Part shown: positions 1-9,679 of the stretch, in pieces
How positions within the stretch are numbered: position 1 is the first letter of the stretch
How the letters are laid out: the number at the start of each line of letters is the position of its first letter
Origin: a virus
Lineage: Duplodnaviria > Caudoviricetes
Reading direction: 5' to 3' (one strand)
IMG/VR virus record: IMGVR_UViG_3300031555_002748
Coordinates: 2,439-66,438 of that record
Length of the DNA stretch: 64,000 nucleotides
The notes under the pieces: generated by a model
Seen by the model: only the letters and a program-made list of their open reading frames with translations
What the model was told of the DNA's origin: nothing
Database searches by the model: none
Made by a program: the position numbers and the translations under genes

Positions 1-1164
1 GTTTGTTGCGGATTTATAGGCGTTTACAAGTGATGCCGGTACGTAAATAGAGCCAAATGAACCTGTATAACTTGACAATGACATTGGGGTTGAATAAAAC
101 GCATTTACATGATTCAAAGTTGCCACCGAAGAAGCCCCTAATTGCAACGAAGTTAATTTTGAACAACCATAAAAAACACTACCCCTAATATAAGTACAAG
201 CTGGAAAAATTGCCGATGTTAAACTTGTGCAAGAATAAAAAGCCCAACTACCAATACTTTTACAAGCTGAAAAACTTACTGATGTTAATTTTTTACAATT
301 ATGAAAAGCCTGACTACCAATGTTTGTACAAGCTGGAAAAATTGCCGATGTTAAACTTGAACAATCACAAAAAGCAGAACTACCAATGTTTGTACAAGCT
401 GGAAAAATTGCCGATGTTAAACTTGTGCAAGAATAAAAAGCACAACTACCAATACTTTTACAAGCTGAAAAACTTACTGATGTTAATTTGTTACATTTAT
501 AAAAAGCAGAACTACCAATGGTTATACAAGCTGGAAAACTTACCGATGTTAAACTTGAACAAGAATAAAAAGTATACGGTTTAATAGATGTAACCCTATC
601 ATTGATATAAGTAGAAGAAATAGCGCCTGTAATTATAGCATCTTCCACAGATGTATTTCCACCACTACTTCCGCCACCAACAGTTGCGGTACCAACAACC
701 CCAAATATACTTTTGCCACTAACTATATTACTAGCAACCAAGTTTGCATCACCTTTAACAGTAATGCTTCCGCCAGTATAATAACCAGAAGAAACCGCAA
801 TCTGATTGGTTGTGCCAGGAGTTATTGTTTTTGCGGCTTGGAACGCTAGTTGTTTTGTAGCAGATTTGCTTCCAGCAGTTACATAACCAGCCGTTTGAGT
901 TGCTGTTGCCGTAATAAGTCCATTCGAATTAATAGTAATACTCGGTGTCGCTTGTGTTGCTGTAGGCATAGCATTAACTATAACGGTATCTAAGCCGTCG
1001 TATCCACTATCTGCCTTAACGGTTTGAGATGTTGTGCTAGGCGTTATAGTTTTATCTTGAAGAACAGGGTTTGAGCCCCCTGCATCGGGCATATTATTTA
1101 ATTGTGTTATAATTTCCTCTAAAGAGGAATTGTTTGTTTGTAAAGTTGTATTATAATTTGACAT
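1..1164 (-). CDS. BspA-type (LRR_5-like) leucine-rich-repeat virion adhesin/fibre protein, 3' end outside window
   Basis: Not in the ORF track because it has no stop in the window. ATG at 1164 after RBS AAGGAGGA, and the frame stays open to base 1. Translation MSNYNTTLQTNNSSLEEII... then six 22-aa repeats such as LTSAIFPACTNIGSSAFCDCSS and the BspA-like cap IYVPASLVNAYKSATN. Confidence 0.85.
   Translation of the reverse strand, partial: MSNYNTTLQTNNSSLEEIITQLNNMPDAGGSNPVLQDKTITPSTTSQTVKADSGYDGLDTVIVNAMPTATQATPSITINSNGLITATATQTAGYVTAGSKSATKQLAFQAAKTITPGTTNQIAVSSGYYTGGSITVKGDANLVASNIVSGKSIFGVVGTATVGGGSSGGNTSVEDAIITGAISSTYINDRVTSIKPYTFYSCSSLTSVSFPACITIGSSAFYKCNKLTSVSFSACKSIGSCAFYSCTSLTSAIFPACTNIGSSAFCDCSSLTSAIFPACTNIGSQAFHNCKKLTSVSFSACKSIGSWAFYSCTSLTSAIFPACTYIRGSVFYGCSKLTSLQLGASSVATLNHVNAFYSTPMSLSSYTGSFGSIYVPASLVNAYKSATN
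157..552 (-). repeat. Six tandem 66-bp repeats encoding LRR units
   Basis: Unit starts (TTAAC on minus) at 552, 486, 420, 354, 288, 222 and 156, an exact 66-bp period. Confidence 0.95.
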
Positions 1165-1184
1165 TGTTTAATTCCTCCTTGTCT

Positions 1185-2042
1185 TTATTCTGATATTAAA
1201 GTGCCATCGCCCACTACAAAGAATGCCTGATCGTATGTATCGGAACTAGTAAGACAACTTATACTGCCTTCATTCCACACAGAAGAGCGAAGGGTTATAT
1301 TTGAATAAACTATACTATTTTTAAGAACAGTAATAGTGATTGGGTTGCCTAAAGAAGGAATTGATATAGATTGTACAGTGGAAGTCCCATCAGAATACCA
1401 AAGCTTCTCGTTGCCCATTAATGGCGCTCCTCCTTGCATAGTAACAGTACAAGTTTCAACTCCTCCGCCACCAGAACTTCCACCACTACCTTCGTAAGTA
1501 CCAGTGACACCAAATATAGATGTACCGCTCTTAATATTGGACGCTACTAAATTAGCATCTCCTTTAATTGTTTGAGTTCCAGTCAAATATGTTCCACTTG
1601 ATATAGTTTGGTTTGAAGTGGTTGGTGTATAAGTTGCAGTCGTTTTGGAGGGAATAGTACCAGTGATTTTTGAGCCCTTGACATAAGCGGTTTTACCACT
1701 CAAGATATCACTCGCCGTAGCCGTTGCATCAGAAGTGTCAGTTCCGCCTTGAGGATTTGCTTTCTGTGCAACTAATGTCGTAATCTGTGATATCAAATCA
1801 TTTTGTTCTGTTAATTCTTCTTCTATGGTAAAAGTACCAGTGACTTTGCCATCTGCTGTGTATGCGGTTTCACCAGCAAAGATTTCGTCGGATGTGGCGG
1901 TTGCGTCAGAGGTGTCTGCACCAACTTCAATGTCTTGAACGGCTATCGCCATCTCATCCAAAGTAAGAGTATTGGTTATGCCGGTTTTATCACGAATAGC
2001 ATCGGCTAATGCCGTCATTTTCGAATTTACGCTCATTACCAC
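1185..2042 (-). CDS. Tail fibre-like protein with Thr/Gly-rich repeats
   Basis: 285 aa; duplicated DTSDATAT..I..G.TAY..G.K.TGT motif; KGDANLVASNIKSGTSIFGV module; GGSSGGG linker. Confidence 0.7.
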   Translation of the reverse strand: MVMSVNSKMTALADAIRDKTGITNTLTLDEMAIAVQDIEVGADTSDATATSDEIFAGETAYTADGKVTGTFTIEEELTEQNDLISQITTLVAQKANPQGGTDTSDATATASDILSGKTAYVKGSKITGTIPSKTTATYTPTTSNQTISSGTYLTGTQTIKGDANLVASNIKSGTSIFGVTGTYEGSGGSSGGGGVETCTVTMQGGAPLMGNEKLWYSDGTSTVQSISIPSLGNPITITVLKNSIVYSNITLRSSVWNEGSISCLTSSDTYDQAFFVVGDGTLISE

Positions 2043-2584
2043 TCACCCCCAAGGATTGCCTCATCAACATAAGATTTGATTTCGGCTTTATCCGCATTAG
2101 TCCAATAGTCTGTACCACGAACGGGAGAATAACCTGGGGCACCCGTTTCGCCTTGAATACCTTGATCTCCTTTACTACCTTTTGAGCCATTTTGAACAGT
2201 AAAAGTTGATGTAGTACCATTGGTTAATCTAACTGTAATTATATTGTTACCATCATCTGCGGTAGATGTAGTGGTTTGTTGTACAGAAACTATACCAATA
2301 CCATCGTCACCTTTAGCTCCATCAGCACCATCAAATTCTCCCGAAGCTTTAGCTTGAGCAAGAACGGTATCTATATCAGTTTCTAAAAGAAATTCGTCGG
2401 CAGTATGTGAGTTAAATGTTTCCGCATCTTTTGCGTTAATTTGTTTTCTTTGTAAAACGCCATTAGCGTCTATATAATCTATATGAAATGAGCCATCGTC
2501 CGTACAGAAATACGCATATCCAGCGTGTTTTTCTTGTGCGTCTAACGATGTACGGCTCCCCATAAAAGGTTTAAAAAGTGCCAT
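2036..2584 (-). CDS. Collagen-like (Gly-X-Y) fibre protein
   Basis: GADGAKGDDG and GSKGSKGDQGIQGETGAPG, followed by PVRGTDYWTNADKAEI, a motif typical of phage collagen fibres. Confidence 0.75.
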   Translation of the reverse strand: MALFKPFMGSRTSLDAQEKHAGYAYFCTDDGSFHIDYIDANGVLQRKQINAKDAETFNSHTADEFLLETDIDTVLAQAKASGEFDGADGAKGDDGIGIVSVQQTTTSTADDGNNIITVRLTNGTTSTFTVQNGSKGSKGDQGIQGETGAPGYSPVRGTDYWTNADKAEIKSYVDEAILGGEW

Positions 2585-2732
2585 ATTCGTTCTCCTTTCT
2601 AAGTAAGAATTTGTTGGCTTTATATTAAAGTTTCTTTGCGTCTCTGACTACAAAGCCAACTGTTGTTTTCAAAGTTAATTGTTTAAATGTTTATATTATA
2701 TAATTGTTTTATATAAATTTTATTTTTAATAA

Positions 2733-2761
2733 AAGGGGCTACCAAATAATTAGTAGCCCCT
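2733..2761 (-). terminator. Intrinsic terminator
   Basis: Stem AGGGGCTAC/GTAGCCCCT followed by a T-run on minus, just downstream of the 714-aa gene. Confidence 0.75.
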
Positions 2762-2793
2762 CCCATTTTTAATTTGTACACTTTTAATTGAAA

Positions 2794-4938
2794 TTAGAAA
2801 GAACCCCAAGTATGAGCTTCTTCAACGGCCGTAGCGATAGCCGCATTAACTTCGTCTTTTGTGAAAGTTTCAGTTTTAGCATATACATCAGCACTGTTAG
2901 CTTTTGTAGCAATAGCTTCGGTATTGGTCTTAACTTGACCATCAGCAAGAGCCTTAACATCTGCATCAATTTCAGCAGTAATTTCGGTTCTAGCTGTTGC
3001 AAGTGCGCCAGCAGCAGTAGCTTCCGCAGCGGCTTGAGCATCAGAAGCTTTACCATCTGCGTAACTAGTAGTAGCGTAGCCTTTAGCGGTAATTCTTGCT
3101 TCTACTACTGTTTCAAAATCAGTAATGTCAGCAACCACATGGTCGTGTTCAGCTTCAGCGTAATTACCAGCAAGACCGTCTGCATAATCTTTAGCTTGTT
3201 TTAAGATACCAGTTTCGGCATTATTGATAGCTGCGATATCTTCCTTGTTCTTGTTGATATCAGTTCTCATACCGTCAGCAACAGTACCATGGTCTTTAAC
3301 GTATTGAGTAAATTCGTTAATAGAGTTGATAGCACCTTCGGCATCAGGGTTGTTCATTATTGTGTTAATTTGATTTTGAAGAGCTTCTTTATCAGCAGCT
3401 TTGAGATAGTCTGCTTCAATAGCGTCAATAGCGTCTTCTGCAGCTTTAACTCTTGTGTCGTTTTCAGACTTGTAGTTATCTAATTGCTGTTTAACAGACG
3501 CAGCTGTTTCGCTAGAACCACCTTGAGCAGCAGCAAGAGTTTCTTCTGCTTTCTTGTTAACATAAGAAATAACGTTCGTGATATCAGCGTATTTTTCATC
3601 ACTAGGAATTGTACCTACATAAGTTTCAAGTGCGTCAACTTCTTCTTGTGCTTTATCAGCGGCAGATTGAGCAGCAGCAATAGCTTCATCTTTGCCATCA
3701 GCGTAATCTTTGGCTTGTTTCAAAATACCAGTGTCAGCATTATTAATTGCAGCGATAGCGTCTGTGTTGTCACCGATTAAACCACGAACTTCTGCGTCAT
3801 CGTAGTTATCAACGTCAGCTAATCTTGCAATTTCGGTATCAGAAACTAAAGAGTAACCTTCAACTTTGTCTACCTTCTTGCCAAGTTCAGTAGTCATCGT
3901 AGCAGAATCTGCTTTCTTAGCGATGTCAGCTTTAACCTGAGTATCATCATAGTTAGTAACATTTGCCAATCTTGCGATTTCAGTATCAGAAATTAAAGAT
4001 TTACCTTCAACTTTATCAACCTTACCTGCAAGAGCAGATTCAACTTCGGTCTTAACAGCAGCAGCGTCAGCTGTTGCTTTTACGCCAGCAAGAGCAGAAT
4101 CATTAGAAGTCTTATATGCTTCTAAAGCATCATTAACCACTTTAACGTCAGCGTCGATTTCAGCAGAAATTTCTGATTTAGCAGTAGCAAGCTTGCCATC
4201 AGAATATGATTTTGCTTGTGCAAGGATACCGTTAGTACCGTCAACGATTTCAGCAATATCATCTTCAACTGCTTTAACACGTGCATCATTGGTTACTTTG
4301 TATGTTTCGATGTTGGTATTAGCGTCAGTACCAGCCTTCTTAGCTTCTTTAATTGCATCTTCAAGAGTTGTTTTGTCAGCAGAAGTTAAGTGGTCTGCAA
4401 CAACTGCATTCCATTTAGCAACATCGCCGTCAGCAATCTTGTTAAGTTCAGATTCAACAAACGTATGAGCGTGCTTTTTAGCAACAGCATCAGCAAGGTT
4501 TGCTTCTGTTTGAGTATAGGTGTCTAAAAGTTCCTTGTTGCTGTGACTATGATTGCCTTCAGCAGCAGCGTTTACTTTTTCTTTTAAGCTTGCACCAAGG
4601 TTTGCTTCAGAAACTTCGCTGAGATAAGCAAGTGAACCTAAACCAAGAAGACCTTTTAATTCTTCAGCTGTAGGTTGTTTGTTGATTTGTTTCCATTCTG
4701 CACCATTCCATTTTGCAAGAATGTTTTCTGCTACACAGTAATAGAGACAACTTTCGTGTGCCTTTGCGGGAAGAGATGCAACATTGTCTACTTGAACAAA
4801 GTCACCAAGTCTCTTCATTCCAGTGCCGGTACCAAGATAAATAGCACCTTCGTCGGTGGTAATATACAACGCACCGTTAACACCAGAAGCGGGCAAAGAA
4901 GCCTCTAAACCTTTAAAAAATTTGATCATGTCTGCCAT
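2794..4938 (-). CDS. Long alpha-helical fibre protein with internal repeats
   Basis: 714 aa, Ala-rich; repeats KVDKVEG.SL.SDTEIARLA.V.NYDD (x2) and GIL.QAK.Y.DG (x3); N-terminal ALYITTDEGAIYLG; located in the fibre cluster. Confidence 0.7.
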   Translation of the reverse strand: MADMIKFFKGLEASLPASGVNGALYITTDEGAIYLGTGTGMKRLGDFVQVDNVASLPAKAHESCLYYCVAENILAKWNGAEWKQINKQPTAEELKGLLGLGSLAYLSEVSEANLGASLKEKVNAAAEGNHSHSNKELLDTYTQTEANLADAVAKKHAHTFVESELNKIADGDVAKWNAVVADHLTSADKTTLEDAIKEAKKAGTDANTNIETYKVTNDARVKAVEDDIAEIVDGTNGILAQAKSYSDGKLATAKSEISAEIDADVKVVNDALEAYKTSNDSALAGVKATADAAAVKTEVESALAGKVDKVEGKSLISDTEIARLANVTNYDDTQVKADIAKKADSATMTTELGKKVDKVEGYSLVSDTEIARLADVDNYDDAEVRGLIGDNTDAIAAINNADTGILKQAKDYADGKDEAIAAAQSAADKAQEEVDALETYVGTIPSDEKYADITNVISYVNKKAEETLAAAQGGSSETAASVKQQLDNYKSENDTRVKAAEDAIDAIEADYLKAADKEALQNQINTIMNNPDAEGAINSINEFTQYVKDHGTVADGMRTDINKNKEDIAAINNAETGILKQAKDYADGLAGNYAEAEHDHVVADITDFETVVEARITAKGYATTSYADGKASDAQAAAEATAAGALATARTEITAEIDADVKALADGQVKTNTEAIATKANSADVYAKTETFTKDEVNAAIATAVEEAHTWGSF

Positions 4939-5007
4939 AATAGTTTCCTCCTATAAATAAAAATTATTTTATACTAAATTAATTATTTTATCTTTTATAA
5001 TAATCTT

Positions 5008-5667
5008 TTAAATTTCTCTCCACATCATCGATTCTTCAAAAAAACCAACCGTTTCTTTAATTTCTGCCACATCTTCAATTACAGCATCAAGTGCAATCTT
5101 GTCTTCTTTAGACATAGCACCATCAGAATCGTGTGTTGCTAGATTTAATGTTAACGCGCCATCAACCATAGTAAGCCCATGCGTGTTGTCAGCGAGTTTA
5201 ACAGGAATAGACGGAACAAATAAACCACCATCTACCGCCGTAAGTATGTTGTTAGCAACTGGAGCGATAGCTACACCAATAGATTTTCCTTCATTGGAAA
5301 TCACTATTGTGCCATCAACTGGCGTCAAACCACCAACAGAAGTATCATCTGTCGTACTCAACTTCTTCCACATTGCAAAATATGTGTCAACATTTTCTCC
5401 TGTTGCCAATGCGGTCTTATATGCCGCATAATTATCGGCCGTTATAGCCTTTCTGTCGGTAAGGTAATACACGCCATTATGTTCACCATCAGAGTTAACC
5501 GCTACAATCATACCATTGTAAGTGGCTTCCGTGGTGAGAGTATTAGTTATCCAAACTGTTGGATTAATCAAGTCCTCTCGTTTAGTAACGAGCATTCTCG
5601 AATCAAGCGGAAAACGTTTATTTGCATCCAACACCATAGCAAATAAACCGCCTTTAACTCTTCCCAT
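5008..5667 (-). CDS. Virion fibre-associated protein
   Basis: Likely start MGRVKGG at 5667 after GGAGG; PLDSR...YNGMIVAV...GVYYL N-terminal motif seen in phage fibre proteins. Confidence 0.6.
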   Translation of the reverse strand: MGRVKGGLFAMVLDANKRFPLDSRMLVTKREDLINPTVWITNTLTTEATYNGMIVAVNSDGEHNGVYYLTDRKAITADNYAAYKTALATGENVDTYFAMWKKLSTTDDTSVGGLTPVDGTIVISNEGKSIGVAIAPVANNILTAVDGGLFVPSIPVKLADNTHGLTMVDGALTLNLATHDSDGAMSKEDKIALDAVIEDVAEIKETVGFFEESMMWREI

Positions 5668-5671
5668 GTTT

Positions 5672-7000
5672 TTATACCTCCACTTCAAATCTCCAATATT
5701 CAGTATTAGTAATAGCGTCACCCATCATTTCTACGTTATAAGCGTATGTAGTATACACCACTTCTTTACCATTAACAATTTTAGTTTCCTCACCAGTCTT
5801 AATCCAATAAGTGCCATCAAAACCCATATCCATCCATTGTTGTAATGTAGGTTCATATTGATATGCTGTCACAATTTTTGCAATTGAACATATCGCAAAT
5901 GTTTGTGCTTTACCCTCTGTATTGCCGTCAATAACCATTTGATAGCCAGCATTAGTTATAACGCCATTGGTGTTTGTCGTTGTGTAAAAACCTTGGTCAG
6001 TATATAATGCTGTTGCGGTATCTAATTGTTTGTATGTGACCTCAGATAATCCTTCGCCTTCTACGCCACTATAATACGGAATTGAATTGCCAATAATCTC
6101 CTCTACGGTAGATTTTGGCGCCTCTTTGATACCAAGTAGCATTATGAGGACATCTTTTACCGTTTTGCCTTTTAATGAAGTGCCAGCGGCAATGCCCTCG
6201 AAACCAATCGATGTCACTACATCACCAAATGGATCATTGTCGCCCTTTAACCATTGCAAAAACTCATCTTCGCTTCCACTGTGACCTGCGTCAAGCCAGG
6301 TTTGATATGCTGATTTTCCATCTTTACCGCTTATACCATCTTTACCGTTCAATCCGTCTTTACCATCAGCACCTTTTACTCCATCAGAACCTTTTGCTTT
6401 TACGCCAGTATTTGTTCCATCAATATACCAATAATCATTTTGGATATAAGGCGTTTTACCATCAACACCATCTTTTCCGTTTTGCCCATTCGCACCATCT
6501 TTGCCCTTCAACCAATTCAAAAAATCTGACTCGGTTCCAGTATGTCCATCGTTAAGCCACACTTCGTAAGCAGAAAGCCCGTCTTTGCCAACCGTCCCAC
6601 TAACTTCAACATTTGCAATCTCTTGATCTACATATGTATAAATTGCGTTTTCGATATCGCGTACAGCACCAACTGTCGTTACCGTATTATATATTTCGCT
6701 TTCAGGCACTGTGTAAGCATCGGTTACAGGTGCATAAATAGTCTGTAACCATTCAGTTCTATCAGGCGACAATGTATAACCATTGCGTGTTTCGGTAATG
6801 TAATACACAACACCATCTGCTGCACATTTGCATTCTGGTAAATCTGCCTTTGTTGGTATAACACGTACACCATCTGTATAAACTGACTGACCTTTGAAAA
6901 TTTCGTTGGTATCTTGACAGAAGTATAAGGCATTCTCATCATATGTATCACGATTAAGATACTTAAGTTTAGTTGTTTTAATAAATCTTACGTTAGCCAT
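5672..7000 (-). CDS. Collagen-like fibre protein
   Basis: Likely start MANVRF at 7000; GKDG/GADG triplets and two G.SAY..W...G..G.E..FL.WLKG repeats. Confidence 0.75.
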   Translation of the reverse strand: MANVRFIKTTKLKYLNRDTYDENALYFCQDTNEIFKGQSVYTDGVRVIPTKADLPECKCAADGVVYYITETRNGYTLSPDRTEWLQTIYAPVTDAYTVPESEIYNTVTTVGAVRDIENAIYTYVDQEIANVEVSGTVGKDGLSAYEVWLNDGHTGTESDFLNWLKGKDGANGQNGKDGVDGKTPYIQNDYWYIDGTNTGVKAKGSDGVKGADGKDGLNGKDGISGKDGKSAYQTWLDAGHSGSEDEFLQWLKGDNDPFGDVVTSIGFEGIAAGTSLKGKTVKDVLIMLLGIKEAPKSTVEEIIGNSIPYYSGVEGEGLSEVTYKQLDTATALYTDQGFYTTTNTNGVITNAGYQMVIDGNTEGKAQTFAICSIAKIVTAYQYEPTLQQWMDMGFDGTYWIKTGEETKIVNGKEVVYTTYAYNVEMMGDAITNTEYWRFEVEV

Positions 7001-7476
7001 TATTCTTCCTCCCACTCATATTCGCTTTCTGTTTCATCTTCTACCCAGTCGTCAGCCAAGTTTAAATCCACTGGATTAGGTACTGGCATGTCTTTTGTTG
7101 CTTCTTGAATTGTCCACGATAAAATTTTATCTTGGTCAATAGACGGAACATATACAACACTTGTGCCATCGCTGACACCTTCTTTTGGTTCAACCGGAAT
7201 TTTTACCGTGTTAGTATGAATTTCTCCACCATATAAAGAAACCTTAAAACAAGGGTCGTGAATTGCTTCTTTTGGCACAATGCATTGATTGTATGCATCG
7301 AGCTGTGTTTCATAGTTTTTTCCTTTGTAACTGAATACTGCCGTTTTTGTTGTGGCTGAATTCCAGTCTTCTGTTTTAAAAATAAATTCGAATTTTAAAT
7401 TGGCGCCTTCTGTAATCACTCCAGAGGTATAGCGCCAGGCTCTTTGATTAGAAATAAAAAATTTAATTATTTGCAC
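7000..7476 (-). CDS. BppU-like baseplate/fibre-anchor protein
   Basis: 158 aa, GTG start after GGAGG; FEFIFKTEDW...KTAVF...CIVPKE pattern resembles the BppU N-terminus. Confidence 0.5.
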   Translation of the reverse strand: MQIIKFFISNQRAWRYTSGVITEGANLKFEFIFKTEDWNSATTKTAVFSYKGKNYETQLDAYNQCIVPKEAIHDPCFKVSLYGGEIHTNTVKIPVEPKEGVSDGTSVVYVPSIDQDKILSWTIQEATKDMPVPNPVDLNLADDWVEDETESEYEWEEE

Positions 7477-7515
7477 ATCGAAGATACCTCCTTGTTATTT
7501 TTTATTTTTGGACAA

Positions 7516-7740
7516 TCAGAGCTCGTGATTATCCCATTTTTGCTTTGCTTCTTGGGTCTCAGGACATTTTTGCCAAATAAAAACGCCCATGCCATCCCTT
7601 TTATCAGATGAAGCATCCATATCTACAAAATATTGCCAACCACCAAAATATCTTGCGTATGCAAAATGCTGTTTTGGATTGGTAATATAGATGACTTTCG
7701 TGGGATCAAAAGGTTGGCCCGTTATTTTGCTAGTTTTCAT
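7516..7740 (-). CDS. Small hypothetical protein (DUF5659-like)
   Basis: 74 aa, good RBS; YITNPKQ..Y...VFIW...ET.EA..KW pattern. Confidence 0.55.
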   Translation of the reverse strand: MKTSKITGQPFDPTKVIYITNPKQHFAYARYFGGWQYFVDMDASSDKRDGMGVFIWQKCPETQEAKQKWDNHEL

Positions 7741-7788
7741 TTTATTATTCTCCTTTTGTTCAAAAAAAATAAGGATACACTACTTTTC

Positions 7789-7980
7789 TTATTCAGATGT
7801 AGACATATCCTTATCGGTTATAACTACTTCTACATCCACTGTTGGGATAACTTCTTTTTTAAATTCTCTGTAGCACTCTTTGCTACAAAATCCTAAATCT
7901 TTATAATATATTGGTTTAAAAACACATTTTCTACAATATGCAAATTTCAAACCACATTGTTTGCACACATGAATGTCCAT
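7789..7980 (-). CDS. Small Cys-rich Zn-binding protein
   Basis: CKQC, CRKC and CSKEC motifs; follows the tail tube gene. Confidence 0.6.
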   Translation of the reverse strand: MDIHVCKQCGLKFAYCRKCVFKPIYYKDLGFCSKECYREFKKEVIPTVDVEVVITDKDMSTSE

Positions 7981-8002
7981 ATATGCCTCCTAATTAATAG
8001 CA

Positions 8003-8028
8003 TTAAAGGGGAGTTGTCTCCCCTTTAA
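8003..8028 (-). terminator. Hairpin/terminator after tail tube gene
   Basis: TTAAAGGGGA...TCCCCTTTAA inverted repeat. Confidence 0.6.
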
Positions 8029-8041
8029 CACATTATTAAAA

Positions 8042-8821
8042 TTACGCTCTAAGAGTTTCGTCCTTAACGATAACGATATCTACGAGTTTTCTGTCGCCAC
8101 AGTAGTCGGGCATTGCGGTAACTTCAAATGCATGAGCACCGTCTCTAGCCATACCCCATTCAGCTTCACCAGAGAGTTTACCTCTCATGAATAAGAACGC
8201 GAAGTAGATTTCTTGAGAACAAAGGTCACGTAAAAGAACTTCTGCTGTGATATCAAGTAATTCATTTTCTGCGTCAGCAAGAGCAGTAATTCTTTCGCCA
8301 GCAGGAGCTTCGATGTCATAAACAACGAGATATTTGCCATCTTTAACGCCACCAGTAACTGCCTTACCTTCAACTTTTACAGTTACAGAAGGGGTAGCGG
8401 TCTTGAAAGAACCGTCACTTTCAAGTTCGTAAACAACAGGAGCTACGCCATCTTCTTCTTTAATAACAGGTGTATAAGTAAGAGTAGCAGCGCCATCCTT
8501 GTCAGCTGTAATCATTTCGAACTTAGAAATAAGTGCTCCAGTAGAATCTTCTACTTTGCTACCAACTTGTGCAGCAAGGATAGAAGTGTTGAAGAATGCG
8601 TTAGAAGCACCAAAAGTTGCGCCTCTACCGTTTTGAAGAACCATAACTACGTTGTTACGTGCGTCCATAATTTCTTCGGTTTCGCTCGTAAAGTTGAGCG
8701 TGGGCTCAGTAATTTGTTCTGCCCAGAAAGCGAGCTGACCAGCTTCAATTTTCTTGTCAGCATTTGCGCCAACATAAGTACCAGCTACTGAAATCGCTCT
8801 ATCAAATGCGTATTGTGCCAT
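8042..8821 (-). CDS. Major tail (tube) protein
   Basis: About 259 aa from MAQY; beta-rich and Ala/Gly/Val-rich; follows the neck genes and precedes a terminator. No sheath gene is seen, suggesting a siphovirus. Confidence 0.65.
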   Translation of the reverse strand: MAQYAFDRAISVAGTYVGANADKKIEAGQLAFWAEQITEPTLNFTSETEEIMDARNNVVMVLQNGRGATFGASNAFFNTSILAAQVGSKVEDSTGALISKFEMITADKDGAATLTYTPVIKEEDGVAPVVYELESDGSFKTATPSVTVKVEGKAVTGGVKDGKYLVVYDIEAPAGERITALADAENELLDITAEVLLRDLCSQEIYFAFLFMRGKLSGEAEWGMARDGAHAFEVTAMPDYCGDRKLVDIVIVKDETLRA

Positions 8822-8881
8822 AATAATTTCCTCCATTTAATAAAAATTTTATATTATTTTTAATAATTTAAGTTAAAGCGG

Positions 8882-9676
8882 TTATCTAACCACTCCATCG
8901 GCAATTGCTTTGCCATTATCTTTTACATCTTCTTCTATATTTCTTGTCCAATTTAATACTGTTTTGTCCATTTTCTTAGTGTCAACAAAACCACTATACA
9001 TACCACCTAATGCGGCATCAGCTTGAACTATAATATTTAATCTTGACAAATCATCCATTAATTCAAAAATACCCATCTGTTTTATATAATCCATTGAGTA
9101 TCCTTGACGACATTTGACCGCCGAAATTACTGGTCTTAAAAAAGACTCATGTGGTTTGTTCTTTGCCATCTCGGCATCTTGACGAGCTAAACGAATTAAT
9201 TGTCTACGAGTAATTTCGTTACCAGCCTTATCTACTTGTTTCCTAAAATTGTGCATCTTACGAATGTAAGTCACCAAAACCTCATAAATAATTGGATTAA
9301 TTATAATGGGACTTTCATCATTCTCTGTGCCCTCGTAGACCAAAACAACTTCTTCACTATCTTTGATAGCGTGAGGCTTAAATTTCCTTAAATCTAAATC
9401 TCCTAAAAGAAGCCTAGTTGATTCTATACTTAATGACTGTGCTACCATCATAAAAAGTTCAAAATCTTTAATTTTCATATAGTTAAGTTTCATATCATCA
9501 AGTTGTACCTTCATACTACTTGGTGTCGCACATAATGTTTGCACCATGGCAAAATATTCACTTTCACCGTATTCTGCAACATCTTTAATTTTAGGACACT
9601 TTAATATAATACCATTTGCAATTTTTATATCTTCTGACATATACAGTTTAAGTTCGTCTACTTGAAATCCTTCCAT
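8882..9676 (-). CDS. Morphogenesis protein, possibly tail chaperone
   Basis: 264 aa between the tail terminator and tail tube candidates. Confidence 0.5.
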   Translation of the reverse strand: MEGFQVDELKLYMSEDIKIANGIILKCPKIKDVAEYGESEYFAMVQTLCATPSSMKVQLDDMKLNYMKIKDFELFMMVAQSLSIESTRLLLGDLDLRKFKPHAIKDSEEVVLVYEGTENDESPIIINPIIYEVLVTYIRKMHNFRKQVDKAGNEITRRQLIRLARQDAEMAKNKPHESFLRPVISAVKCRQGYSMDYIKQMGIFELMDDLSRLNIIVQADAALGGMYSGFVDTKKMDKTVLNWTRNIEEDVKDNGKAIADGVVR

Positions 9677-9679
9677 AAA

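Noticed and set aside
157-552. CRISPR array or DGR variable region
   Set aside because: The repeats are contiguous in-frame coding units without spacers, the variation is not adenine-specific, and no reverse transcriptase or template repeat is in the window.
210-584. Plus-strand 124-aa repetitive ORF
   Set aside because: Antisense shadow of the 66-bp LRR repeats; the minus frame has an RBS and gives a recognisable BspA-type protein.
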